In this document: one piece after another, positions 44,405-53,954 of the stretch
Layout: each line of letters begins with the position of its first letter
Position numbering within the stretch: the stretch's first letter is position 1
Source of the DNA: an uncultured Spartobacteria bacterium
Lineage (GTDB): Bacteria; Verrucomicrobiota; Verrucomicrobiia; Chthoniobacterales; UBA6821
Length of the DNA stretch: 64,000 bases
Assembly: GCA_903823215.1 (NCBI GenBank)
Contig: CAIJRY010000252.1
Span: 56 to 64,055, forward strand
Direction: 5' to 3'
Made by a program: the position numbers and the translations under genes
Notes under the pieces: generated by a model
The model's database searches: none
Told to the model about the DNA's origin: nothing
Seen by the model: only the letters and a program-made list of their open reading frames with translations

Positions 44405-45568
44405 ATGGATCTTGCAACCCGCGTCAGCGACATCACTCCCTCCCTCACCCTCGCCATCGACAGCAAGGCCAAGGCCCTGCGTGCCGAGGGTGTTGACATC
44501 TACGGATTCGGAGCCGGAGAACCCGACTTCGACACGCCAGAACACATCAAAAAAGCTGCCATTGATGCCCTGAATGCAGGCTTTACCAAATACACTCCCA
44601 GCTCCGGAACGCCGGAGCTGCGCACGGCGATCAGCGAGAAATTCAAGCGCGACAACGGGCTTGATTACAAGCCAAGCGAGATCATTGTCAGCAACGGGGC
44701 CAAGCAGAGTTGTTTCAACGCGATTCTCGCTGTCTGCGGCGAAGGGGATGAAGTCATCATTCCCGCCCCCTACTGGCTCAGCTATCCTGAGATGGTGCGT
44801 CTTGCCGGTGCCGAACCGGTGATCGTTCAAACCACGCAGGAGAATGATTGGAAGATCACCGCGGAGCAATTTGAGGAGGCCATGAGCCCCCGCACCAAGA
44901 TGATCATCATCAACTCCCCAGGCAATCCTACCGGCTCGGTTTACACCCGCGAAGAGCTGCGCTCTCTGGTTGAAGTCGCCGCGGATGAAGAGATCATGAT
45001 TCTATCGGACGAAATCTACGAAAGCCTCACCTACGATGGTGCCGAGCATGTCTCCGTTGCCTCGATCACCCCAGAGGCCCGTGATCTCACCATCACCGTC
45101 AATGGATTTAGCAAGGCCTACGCCATGACCGGTTGGCGCATCGGCTATCTCGGTGCTCCCGAGCAGATCGCCAAAGCCATCGACTCGCTCCAGAGCCACA
45201 GCACCTCGGGCCCCTGCTCCTTTGCCCAGAAGGGGGCACTCGCCGCTCTCACCAGCGACCAGCAATGTGTGGCCGACATGCGCGAGGAGTTCAATATCCG
45301 CCGTGAATATATCTTCGAGCGTCTCTCCTCGATTCCCGGAGTCACGGCCGTGAAGCCAAAGGGTGCCTTCTACATTCTGGCCAACATTTCCAAGTTGGGC
45401 ATGACCTCCACTAATTTTGCCGATCGCCTGCTCAGCAAGGCCAAAGTCGCAGTCGTTCCGGGCATCGCCTTTGGGGATGATTCCGTGGTTCGCTTCAGCT
45501 ATGCTACCGGACTCGATGTGATCAAGCCAGGACTCGATGCCTTTGAGGAGTTTTGCAAGAGCCTCTAG
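44405..45568 (+). CDS. Pyridoxal-phosphate-dependent aspartate aminotransferase (class I)
   Basis: GEPDFDTP, VSNGAKQS, NSPGNPTG, and SKAYAMTGWRIGY (PLP Lys) are present. Confidence 0.92.
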   Translation: MDLATRVSDITPSLTLAIDSKAKALRAEGVDIYGFGAGEPDFDTPEHIKKAAIDALNAGFTKYTPSSGTPELRTAISEKFKRDNGLDYKPSEIIVSNGAKQSCFNAILAVCGEGDEVIIPAPYWLSYPEMVRLAGAEPVIVQTTQENDWKITAEQFEEAMSPRTKMIIINSPGNPTGSVYTREELRSLVEVAADEEIMILSDEIYESLTYDGAEHVSVASITPEARDLTITVNGFSKAYAMTGWRIGYLGAPEQIAKAIDSLQSHSTSGPCSFAQKGALAALTSDQQCVADMREEFNIRREYIFERLSSIPGVTAVKPKGAFYILANISKLGMTSTNFADRLLSKAKVAVVPGIAFGDDSVVRFSYATGLDVIKPGLDAFEEFCKSL

Positions 45569-45594
45569 TCTCTCAGCTCCTTCATAGGTCAACC

Positions 45595-46515
45595 ATGAGT
45601 TCCCGGAAGGCCGTCAGCACCAAAAAAAGTGCCGACGGCCTTTCGCTTTATCTTAAGAGGCAGCGCTCTCTGGTCGAAGCTGCGTTGAAACGCGCCGTCC
45701 CCGCTGCGTCTGTCCGTCCTTCAACGATTCATCAGGCGATGCGTTACAGCCTCCTTGCCGGAGGCAAAAGATTGCGTCCGATTCTCGTTCTTGCTGCGGC
45801 TGAGAGCTGTGGGGGGGAGGTAACCCAAGCCCTCACCGCTGCCTGCTCTGTGGAACTGATCCATACCTACTCGCTTATTCACGATGATCTCCCCTGCATG
45901 GATGATGATGATTTGCGTCGTGGACGACCTACCTCCCACAAGGCCTTTGGCGAGGGAGTCGCAGTGCTCGCAGGTGATGCCCTGCTGACACAGGCTTTTG
46001 GGTTGCTCTCAAAAATCAACCCGACCAAGCGGTATCCTCTTTCGGTATATCTGGAAGAGACCGCCCTTGCTGCCGGTTCACTACAGTTGATCGCCGGACA
46101 GGTTGCGGATCTTGAGGCTGAGGGAAATTCCCTGACGATTTCCGATGTCCGCTTCATCCATGAGCGCAAGACCGCCGCCATGATCGTGCTGCCACTCCGC
46201 CTCGGGGCGATGAGCGCCAATGCCACGCCATCGCAATTGAAATCCCTCACCGAGTTTGGCTCTGCTCTTGGGCTGGCCTTTCAAATCATCGATGACATTC
46301 TCGATGTCACCCAATCGAGTGAACAGCTTGGCAAGAGCGCGGGCAAGGATCTCACGGCCGCCAAGGCCACCTATCCCGCAGTGATCGGAATCGAGGCTTC
46401 AAACAAGGAAGCCGCACGACTTACAAGGAAGGCCCATGCGGCACTCAAACCCCTTGGAAACAAGGGAGTGAGGCTGATTGAAATTGCGGAATACCTTCTT
46501 GGAAGAACATGCTGA
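45595..46515 (+). CDS. ispA: Polyprenyl (farnesyl/geranylgeranyl) diphosphate synthase
   Basis: The first Asp-rich motif is LIHDDLPCMDDDDLRRGRPT and the second is FQIIDDILD. Confidence 0.9.
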   Translation: MSSRKAVSTKKSADGLSLYLKRQRSLVEAALKRAVPAASVRPSTIHQAMRYSLLAGGKRLRPILVLAAAESCGGEVTQALTAACSVELIHTYSLIHDDLPCMDDDDLRRGRPTSHKAFGEGVAVLAGDALLTQAFGLLSKINPTKRYPLSVYLEETALAAGSLQLIAGQVADLEAEGNSLTISDVRFIHERKTAAMIVLPLRLGAMSANATPSQLKSLTEFGSALGLAFQIIDDILDVTQSSEQLGKSAGKDLTAAKATYPAVIGIEASNKEAARLTRKAHAALKPLGNKGVRLIEIAEYLLGRTC

Positions 46516-46518
46516 AAA

Positions 46519-48111
46519 CTAATTTTCGGGTGCACCGACGTGTTTGAGCAGAATACGCTTCATCTCCAGAATGGCTGATGGGTGACCGTAGGCTCCGTGG
46601 CCGGCGGGAACAATCAACTCCGATTCAGCCGTTTCGAGGTGTGCGCTCTCATAGCGGACCACTCCATCCGAACTGTTTGGCGAATCGCCGCGTCCGCGAT
46701 CCCCGAGGATGCTATGGTGGGGAACTTCGATCGGGCGCCGGTTCAATGCCTCAAGAAAGGGAGAGCGGGGCGAGAGGCCGCAGATACTTGTAGGAGGTCG
46801 GTGAAGGTTGATCGATCTGAACAGATCGCGCATTTCAAGGAAGTGGGCGGAGATATTGCTGGGGAGCCTGATCAGGGCCACGACGAACCCTATGGGTCCG
46901 GCCGTTGCGATGCTGCTGCCACGGTGGGGAACGCAGATAAACACAACTCGGCGGACATTTTTGTCCCTCTCAAAGATCAGTGCGTCCCGGAGGAGGGGAC
47001 TCCCAGGCAAGCGAGCCAGGACTGCTGGTGCCTGTCTTCCAAAAATCTGATTCAGGATGGTATTGCCGCCGGAACTTGATGCCTGGGCCCGGGAAATGAT
47101 GCCACCCATGCTGTGCCCAATCAGGATGATGCCATGCTTCGGTCGGTAGTGCTCTTCCGCCGCTTGCAGATCGGAGCGAAGCTGTAGGGCTGAAATGGGA
47201 ATCGGTTGCCCGGTCGGATAATGAAAAAACCAGAATTGATAACGCCTTAGAATTGTCGGATCTGAGGAGAGTTCACGAATAACCCCTCCCCAGATAGCTT
47301 GGGTGGAGAGAAGGCCGTGAACAAATACCACGGGGATCTTGTTGCGATCATAAGGTTGGGTGAAGACAAGCCGCGTGGGATAAGAAAACCGATCCACAAC
47401 AAAGAGCCATTTAAGACCGATCAAGAGAGGGTTCCCGGTACGGAATGTCGCCCGGTTGGCAGCATCAAGATCGCCTGCAGCCACGCGTTTCACCCCTCCA
47501 ATCTTCACGGATTTACTTTTCTCGGGATTCAGGAACCTAATCTCCATATCACAAATTTGACCGTGCAAGCGTGTGTCCGCCACGATGGTTACAGGAAGGC
47601 GATAGCCGCGTCGCGGGGCAAAGGGCTCCTTTTTCCGATCCGGATGGCTCACGCCAACGACCGGCACACCCCAACCGTTCCATCGAAGCGGCGTGTTTGC
47701 AGTGGTCGTGACCGGGCGAATGAAGTCGAGTTGATCAAACAGCTGCGGAGACCAGTCATGACGCCCTGCAATGAGCCGCACCCTGTAGTTGATGCCATCG
47801 CAGCCGACAATATCGGTATTCTCAAGGTGTCCCTCCCGGAAGTTGAGTTGAGCGTATCGGGTCAATGCCGACCGTGCAATATCGCCAGCCGTCGGGGAGT
47901 TATCAGCCAGTGCAAGCCGTAGCGCAGGAAGGCATTTCTGGCTGGCTCCCTGGGGATCGGCATCTCTTCTTGCAGCACGCATCCACTTGCGTGCCTGGAA
48001 AACAGCCCCTTCCCGGACGGACGAAATTTTAGGGCCATGTGAGAGACCGGCGCATCCCGTCAAAACTACTGACATGGAGATGACGGCGCATCGGAGCAGA
48101 GAGCTTTTCAT
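46519..48111 (-). CDS. Lipoprotein alpha/beta hydrolase (lipase/PGAP1-like)
   Basis: Lipobox VVLTGCAG. The nucleophile elbow is LIGHSMGG and VFVHGL lies upstream. The start was chosen at MKSSLL. Confidence 0.7.
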   Translation of the reverse strand: MKSSLLRCAVISMSVVLTGCAGLSHGPKISSVREGAVFQARKWMRAARRDADPQGASQKCLPALRLALADNSPTAGDIARSALTRYAQLNFREGHLENTDIVGCDGINYRVRLIAGRHDWSPQLFDQLDFIRPVTTTANTPLRWNGWGVPVVGVSHPDRKKEPFAPRRGYRLPVTIVADTRLHGQICDMEIRFLNPEKSKSVKIGGVKRVAAGDLDAANRATFRTGNPLLIGLKWLFVVDRFSYPTRLVFTQPYDRNKIPVVFVHGLLSTQAIWGGVIRELSSDPTILRRYQFWFFHYPTGQPIPISALQLRSDLQAAEEHYRPKHGIILIGHSMGGIISRAQASSSGGNTILNQIFGRQAPAVLARLPGSPLLRDALIFERDKNVRRVVFICVPHRGSSIATAGPIGFVVALIRLPSNISAHFLEMRDLFRSINLHRPPTSICGLSPRSPFLEALNRRPIEVPHHSILGDRGRGDSPNSSDGVVRYESAHLETAESELIVPAGHGAYGHPSAILEMKRILLKHVGAPEN

Positions 48112-48155
48112 TGAAAGGAATTCCAGTATCACTATTTCACCCAAACTCAAATATC

Positions 48156-49172
48156 ATGACCAACCAGCCGACGAAGGGAAAATTATTTAAAATACTGGCA
48201 GCCGTTCTTGGCCTCTTTGTAGCCGTGGTTCTGGCACTTGCGCTCTTGCCGATGAAGGAGCAGTTTTCCGCTCCTTTCGTTCCGTCCCCCGCGAGTTATG
48301 CAGAAACAAAGTCCATGCTCGAAAAGCATTTTTCCTCTGTTCCCTCGACACTCTCCCGTGAGGGCCATCCCAGGGCTTATTTGCACGATCAGCCTACGGA
48401 GCAGGTGTTTGTCTTCCTTCATGGATTGACAAGTGCGCCGGAGCAGTTTGATCTGCTTGGTCGCCAACTTTTTGCACGTGGTCACAATGTGGTGATTGTG
48501 CGGAGTCCGGGACATGGTGAGTCCGATACGATGACTGATCAGCTTTCCGGATTGACCGCTCAGGGTATGCTGGAAGCTGCTAATCAGGCAGTGAATCTCG
48601 CGCACGGGCTCGGCAGGCATGTGACGCTGGTAGGGCTTTCCATAAACGGCTCAACCGCCTCCTGGTTTGCGCAGCACCGTGCTGATCTGGATCGAACGGT
48701 GCTGCTCGCCCCGTTTTTTGCCCCAAAGGGATTACCTGAATGGGCCATTGCTCCACTTGCCAATCTGGTTGTCAGGTTGCCCAATGTCTTCCTCTGGTGG
48801 GATCCTCGCGTGAAGCAAAACATGATTCGTCCCCCATACACCTACCCGCGATATTCCACGCATGGCATTGGGAGAATGATGCTGCTTGGGCTTGATGTTC
48901 TCAATGCTTCCAAGCGAACTCCTCCGGGATGTGCCTCGATACTCATCGTGACGACTGCCTCCGATTTTGCTGTCAACAACGCCATCACCGCAAGACTGGC
49001 CTCGCGCTGGAGGGCGTTCAGGCCTGAAGGAGTGAAGACTTATGAATTTTCCAGAGAGGAGAAAATTCCCCATGATTTCATCGATCCCAATCAGAGCAAC
49101 CAGCGCATTGCCGTCGTCTATCCGCTTCTGATCGATATGCTGGAATCTGGCAGAACCCCTCCTGAAAAATAA
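48156..49172 (+). CDS. Membrane-anchored alpha/beta hydrolase
   Basis: N-terminal TM segment, then VFVFLHGLTSAP and LVGLSINGS at the nucleophile elbow position. It is divergent from the neighbouring lipase gene. Confidence 0.6.
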   Translation: MTNQPTKGKLFKILAAVLGLFVAVVLALALLPMKEQFSAPFVPSPASYAETKSMLEKHFSSVPSTLSREGHPRAYLHDQPTEQVFVFLHGLTSAPEQFDLLGRQLFARGHNVVIVRSPGHGESDTMTDQLSGLTAQGMLEAANQAVNLAHGLGRHVTLVGLSINGSTASWFAQHRADLDRTVLLAPFFAPKGLPEWAIAPLANLVVRLPNVFLWWDPRVKQNMIRPPYTYPRYSTHGIGRMMLLGLDVLNASKRTPPGCASILIVTTASDFAVNNAITARLASRWRAFRPEGVKTYEFSREEKIPHDFIDPNQSNQRIAVVYPLLIDMLESGRTPPEK

Positions 49173-49327
49173 TTAGGAGTTTGGGGTTAAGGGATTTTTT
49201 CGGGGAAAGTCCGAGTGCCAAGAGAGCTCCGGCAGTACCCTTTTGCCTATGAAACTTCAGCAAAACAGAAGCTGGCGAAATCTTGGCGGCGTGGGCATTA
49301 TGGAGGTTTGCTGTTTTCAAGATCCAC

Positions 49328-50623
49328 ATGGCACTGACCGATAAATTCTACCGCAAGCTGGTGCTTGATGCTTTTTCGCGAGCCCGCCGGGGCGAACTCA
49401 GATTAACGATGCCGGGCGGGGCCAGGCGACTCTTCGGAGGACTTGGCAAGGAGCTTCAGGCAGGGCTCACCGTTTGCAACGAAGGGTTCTACCGACGGTG
49501 TGTCTTCTTTGGGGCCATTGGTTTTGCGGAGGGGTATCTGGCTGGTGAATGGGAGACGGACGACCTGACCCGAACGATCGCATGGTTTATCCTGAACTCC
49601 GATTATCTGGCCGGAGTGCGCACGGGTGAATCGGGATCACGCGGTGCCTTCGACCTGCTCGGAGCGGTGAACCGCCTGGGTCATGCTCTCCGCCCCAATA
49701 GCAGAAAAAAAAGCAGGGATAACATCAGTGAGCATTACGATTTGGGGAACGATTTTTTTAAGCTCTGGCTCGATCCTACCATGACTTACTCGGCGGCTTA
49801 TTATGATCCGTCCAACCAGACATTGGAGGAGGCCCAGCGTAAAAAATGGGATCAGCTCTGCCGCAAGCTTCAACTTGCACCCCATGACATGGTATTGGAG
49901 ATCGGATGCGGATGGGGTGGATTTGCCATCCATGCAGCGAAGCATTACGGGTGCCGTGTGCAGGCGGTCACCATCAGCGAAGAGCAATTCCGCGAGGCCG
50001 CCTTCAGGGTGGAGGCAGAGGGAGTTTCCGATCTGGTCGAGGTTGTTTTCAGCGACTACCGGGATCTTTCGGGGCGGTTCGACAAGATCGTCTCGATCGA
50101 GATGCTGGAGGCGGTTGGCGATCGCTATGTGGAGATTTTTTTCAAGCAGGTATCCGATCTTTTGGCGCCACGGGGATTAGTTGGTATCCAAACGATTATC
50201 TGTCCTGACAATCAGTTTCCGATTCTCCGGGATGGTGTTGATTTCATTCAAAAACATATCTTCCCCGGGTCGCTGCTGCTCTCGATGCGTCGCATCACCG
50301 AGGCGGTCAATGCCACTGGCGATCTCAATCTTCTCGATTACGAGGATATGACCCCTTTTTATGCCAGGACGCTCAAGGAATGGCGCAGCACCTTTTCTGC
50401 GGTGCTGCCGGATGTGCGTGCGCTCGGTTACGATGAGCCGTTTATCCGCAAGTGGTTGTACTACCTCTGTTACTGTGAGGCTGCATTTGGGACGCGGCAT
50501 ATCTCCGTGGCCCAGATCATTTTCACTAGACCGGATAATCTCGATATTTACTCGACGGCATACGATCTCGGGCATCACAGAGAACGCCCAGTTCCAAATG
50601 CCTGCATAGCGAAGGGAAAATGA
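49328..50623 (+). CDS. cfa: Cyclopropane-fatty-acyl-phospholipid synthase
   Basis: HYDLGNDFFKLWLD, the SAM motif VLEIGCGWGG, and SIEMLEAVG are typical of the CMAS family. Confidence 0.88.
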   Translation: MALTDKFYRKLVLDAFSRARRGELRLTMPGGARRLFGGLGKELQAGLTVCNEGFYRRCVFFGAIGFAEGYLAGEWETDDLTRTIAWFILNSDYLAGVRTGESGSRGAFDLLGAVNRLGHALRPNSRKKSRDNISEHYDLGNDFFKLWLDPTMTYSAAYYDPSNQTLEEAQRKKWDQLCRKLQLAPHDMVLEIGCGWGGFAIHAAKHYGCRVQAVTISEEQFREAAFRVEAEGVSDLVEVVFSDYRDLSGRFDKIVSIEMLEAVGDRYVEIFFKQVSDLLAPRGLVGIQTIICPDNQFPILRDGVDFIQKHIFPGSLLLSMRRITEAVNATGDLNLLDYEDMTPFYARTLKEWRSTFSAVLPDVRALGYDEPFIRKWLYYLCYCEAAFGTRHISVAQIIFTRPDNLDIYSTAYDLGHHRERPVPNACIAKGK

Positions 50624-51411
50624 ATCCTTCCAATCTTTTTCTTCTGGCACTGGCCTGTTCCAGCCTTCTGATGATGGTCGTTTGGAAAATTTCCGTGATC
50701 ATTCGCAATGCCGGGATCGTTGATATTGCATGGGCTCTTGGATTCGCGCCGCTGGCACTACTTTACCGCATTTGTGGGGATGGTGAGCCGATCCGGCAAA
50801 ATCTCATCACGTTGATGGTAGTGATCTGGAGTCTGAGGTTGGGCCTCCATCTTTGGAGGCGCGTGATGGGGCATCACCCCGTCGAGGATGGGCGCTATGG
50901 CGAACTGCGAAAAGGGGTTAAGGATCACGAGAATTTCTTTTTCTTCTGGTTTTTTCAGGCCCAGGCGCTGCTGCTGGCTTTCCTCAGCCTTCCGGTACTC
51001 CTGGCTAACTTCGACTGTCGTGTCGGTCTTTGCGTCTCGGATATCGTTGGATTTCTGATCTGGACAGTTGCTATCGCCGGGGAATCCCTTGCCGATCACC
51101 AACTCGCCCTCTTCCAAGCCAACCCGGCGAACCGAGGCAAAGTCTGTTCCTCCGGCCTCTGGCGGTATTCCCGTCATCCCAACTACTTTTTTGAATGGCT
51201 CGTCTGGGTTGCCTTTTTTGTCATTGCCTTTCCGGCGCCGTGGGGATGGACGACTCTCTATTGCCCGGTCGTGATGCTTTATTTTTTGCTCCGCGTGACG
51301 GGTATCCCCTATACCGAGCAGCAATCACTCCGATCTCGTGGTAAGGCCTATCGTGCCTATCAGCGCACGACGAGCCCATTCATCCCGTGGTTTCCAAAGA
51401 ATCCTTCATGA
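50620..51411 (+). CDS. DUF1295 / steroid-5-alpha-reductase-like membrane protein
   Basis: Polytopic. The C-terminal block is [18 protein letters not shown]. It overlaps the cfa stop. Confidence 0.75.
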   Translation: MNPSNLFLLALACSSLLMMVVWKISVIIRNAGIVDIAWALGFAPLALLYRICGDGEPIRQNLITLMVVIWSLRLGLHLWRRVMGHHPVEDGRYGELRKGVKDHENFFFFWFFQAQALLLAFLSLPVLLANFDCRVGLCVSDIVGFLIWTVAIAGESLADHQLALFQANPANRGKVCSSGLWRYSRHPNYFFEWLVWVAFFVIAFPAPWGWTTLYCPVVMLYFLLRVTGIPYTEQQSLRSRGKAYRAYQRTTSPFIPWFPKNPS

Positions 51412-52442
51412 GCATCATCGACAAATTGCTTTCCTGCGGCCTGATTCCCGATCCTGCTGTCCGCTCGGGGATTCGCCATCTGCTTTCCGCAAAACTCCGC
51501 GAGGAGGCCCGTGGTGATGTTGAAGAGCGTGATGCCAGATTTGCGGCTTTTCGTGCCGAACTGGACGGTTCGCCGATCGCCGTCAATACAGGTGATGCCA
51601 ATGAGCAACATTACCTGGTGCCCACCGAGTTTTATCTTCAGGTGCTGGGTCCGCGACTGAAATACAGCAGCGGATATTGGCCTACAGAGAAAACAACTTT
51701 TGCCGAATCCGAGGAGGAAATGCTGAAGCTCACCTGCGAACGGGCCCGGCTGCAGGATGGACAGAAGATCCTGGAACTTGGTTGCGGCTGGGGATCCCTG
51801 ACACTCTGGATGGCCGAACATTATCCGAACTCTTCCATCACGGCCGTTTCCAATTCCTACACCCAGCGGTTGCACATTGAAGCCGAGGCTCACCGTCGGG
51901 AGCTTTATAATGTGCGTATCATCACGGCTGATATGAATGAATTCGCCGCTCCCGAGCCTGGAAGCTACGATCGAGCGGTTTCCGTGGAGATGTTTGAGCA
52001 CATGAAGAATTATCGGGAACTCATGCACCGCCTCGCAAGCTGGCTGAAGCCGGAAGGGAAGCTCTTCGTCCACATTTTCACACACCGGGAATACGCCTAT
52101 CACTTCGAGGGCAGGGATCCCTCGGACTGGATCACCCGCTATTTCTTTTCCGGCGGGACGATGCCATCGCATGATCTCCTGCTCTATTATCAGAGTGATC
52201 TTAGGATCGAGCAGCATTGGAGGGTGGATGGCACCCATTACGCGCGTACTGCTGAGGCATGGCTCCATGCGATGGATGTGAACCGCAAGGCGATCCGGCC
52301 CATTCTGGAGAAGACCTATGGGCGTCATGAAGCCCGCAAGTGGCGTGCTTACTGGCGCACCTTTTTCATGTCATGCGCCGAACTTTGGGCCTATCGGGGG
52401 GGCGAAGAGTGGATCGTTTCGCATTATCTTTTTACCAAATGA
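51408..52442 (+). CDS. Second CMAS-family SAM-dependent methyltransferase (cfa-like, short form)
   Basis: [32 protein letters not shown] and [13 protein letters not shown] are present. The start overlaps the upstream stop (ATGA). Confidence 0.82.
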   Translation: MSIIDKLLSCGLIPDPAVRSGIRHLLSAKLREEARGDVEERDARFAAFRAELDGSPIAVNTGDANEQHYLVPTEFYLQVLGPRLKYSSGYWPTEKTTFAESEEEMLKLTCERARLQDGQKILELGCGWGSLTLWMAEHYPNSSITAVSNSYTQRLHIEAEAHRRELYNVRIITADMNEFAAPEPGSYDRAVSVEMFEHMKNYRELMHRLASWLKPEGKLFVHIFTHREYAYHFEGRDPSDWITRYFFSGGTMPSHDLLLYYQSDLRIEQHWRVDGTHYARTAEAWLHAMDVNRKAIRPILEKTYGRHEARKWRAYWRTFFMSCAELWAYRGGEEWIVSHYLFTK

Positions 52443-52461
52443 AGTGATCTGTTGAGGATTT

Positions 52462-52485
52462 CGGCTTTCAACTTTTAGCTTTCAG
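52462..52485 (+). promoter_or_regulatory. Direct-repeat motif cGGCTTTCAactttTAGCTTTCAg upstream of the GT28 gene
   Basis: It matches the motif at 56207-56230 at 21 of 24 positions when each is read in the sense of its downstream gene. Confidence 0.25.
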
Positions 52486-52500
52486 TTTTTTTCTTTTCCT

Positions 52501-53601
52501 ATGCCCCGCATTCTTTTGCTCACAGCCGGATTCGGCGAAGGACACAATACTGCCGCCCGTTGCATTGCGGAGGCACTTTGTGAACATCCCGGCGTCGAGA
52601 CATCTGTCATCGATGTCTATCAGGAGACGGTACCTCGGTTTACCAAGGTGCTACAGGCCGGATACAGTCTGGCAATCAACAAATATCCCTTGGTCTGGAG
52701 CGCCATTTTCTCGGTTCTTGACAAACCGGGGAGCTTGGAAAAAAGCCTGCCTTTTGCCGGCAGTCTTCGAAATGCCCTGAGGCGTGTGCTGGAAGAATAC
52801 AAACCGGACGCCGTCATTTCAACCTATCCGCTTTATGCCTATCTGATCCGGCAACTTCGCCAACAAGGCCATGCGCCGGCCCTAGCTCCACTGATCACGA
52901 TGGTGACCGATTCGACGGCGATCAATTCTTCCTGGTATCGGGCCGGAAGTGAGGCGTTTCTTCTTGCGGATGAAGAGACCGCCGAAGTGCTGCGGAAAGG
53001 TGGGGCCGATCCGGCCGTACTCCAGGTGCTCGGTTTTCCTGTTGCCCCGCGCCTTGCCTCACTGAAACCCTCGGACTCCGTCATTCACGGTGCCAAGAGG
53101 CTGCTCTACCTCCCCTCCTCGCGTTCAGCCCACACGATCGCAGTAATTCGCGAGTTGCAGAAATTGGCGAATGTCGAGATCACCGTTGTCACCGGAAGGC
53201 TCCATGGGTTACACGAAGCCATTGTTGCTGCGGGTGTGATCGACGGGGTGCGGACTCATCTCGTCGGCTGGACCGACAAGATTCCGGAATTGCTCTGCGG
53301 CCATCATCTTTATATCGGCAAGGCGGGTGGTGCCATTGTGCATGAGGCAATGGCTGCCCGTTGCCCGATTCTGGTCAGTCATGTGGTTCCCGGACAGGAA
53401 GAAGGGAACATTGAACTCATCGAACGCCACGACATCGGTCGTCTTGCTGCACACTATCCCGAATCCCTTGCAGCCTCAGTCACGGAAGTTTTTGCCAACC
53501 ACGAGGCCACATGGAAACGCTGGAAGAAAAACCTTCAGGTCCTATCACGCCCTGGAGCAAGCCGTGATATTGCGGCCTTTATTCTCAAGTTGACAAAGTA
53601 G
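52501..53601 (+). CDS. GT28 diacylglycerol glycosyltransferase (MGDG synthase/UgtP-like)
   Basis: The N-terminus RILLLTAGFGEGHNTAARCIAEAL is typical of the MGDG_synth domain. The C-terminal GT-B block is GKAGGAIVHEAMAARCPILV. Confidence 0.82.
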   Translation: MPRILLLTAGFGEGHNTAARCIAEALCEHPGVETSVIDVYQETVPRFTKVLQAGYSLAINKYPLVWSAIFSVLDKPGSLEKSLPFAGSLRNALRRVLEEYKPDAVISTYPLYAYLIRQLRQQGHAPALAPLITMVTDSTAINSSWYRAGSEAFLLADEETAEVLRKGGADPAVLQVLGFPVAPRLASLKPSDSVIHGAKRLLYLPSSRSAHTIAVIRELQKLANVEITVVTGRLHGLHEAIVAAGVIDGVRTHLVGWTDKIPELLCGHHLYIGKAGGAIVHEAMAARCPILVSHVVPGQEEGNIELIERHDIGRLAAHYPESLAASVTEVFANHEATWKRWKKNLQVLSRPGASRDIAAFILKLTK

Positions 53602-53642
53602 GGGATTGTTAGCAAAAAACGGGCTGAGCTATCTAAGCCTTA

Positions 53643-53915
53643 CTAATCGGCCTTCTTCGAAATCAGCTGGGCGAAGTAGAGATCGTTATTCCATACGGTG
53701 ACTGAAACGCCGCCCACAGGAGTCCACCCCTTGGAGAGATGAAACTGAAGGTCGTTGGTAAAGGGCTGCTTCAATCCCGACAGCAGTTTGTATTTTAGTT
53801 GGGTCGATGCAGCTGCCGCGTATGCCGGCTGATCTGCTGCCTTGAGGTATAAGGGTGTCAGGGCAGGAAGTGAGATCAGGCAGAGGAGGAAAAGTGTGCG
53901 TGCGTGTTTTTTCAT
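53643..53915 (-). CDS. Small secreted hypothetical protein
   Basis: 90 aa with a signal peptide ending LKAAD. No family recognised. Confidence 0.4.
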   Translation of the reverse strand: MKKHARTLFLLCLISLPALTPLYLKAADQPAYAAAASTQLKYKLLSGLKQPFTNDLQFHLSKGWTPVGGVSVTVWNNDLYFAQLISKKAD

Positions 53916-53954
53916 GTTCGAGAGTTACGCGATGCTTGAGTATCGATGCAAGGA

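Noticed and set aside
43928-44869. 313-aa minus-strand ORF spanning the NDK-like/aminotransferase junction
   Set aside because: It is antisense to two well-supported genes. It has no recognisable motifs and is Gly/Asp/Val-rich in the manner of a reverse-frame artefact.
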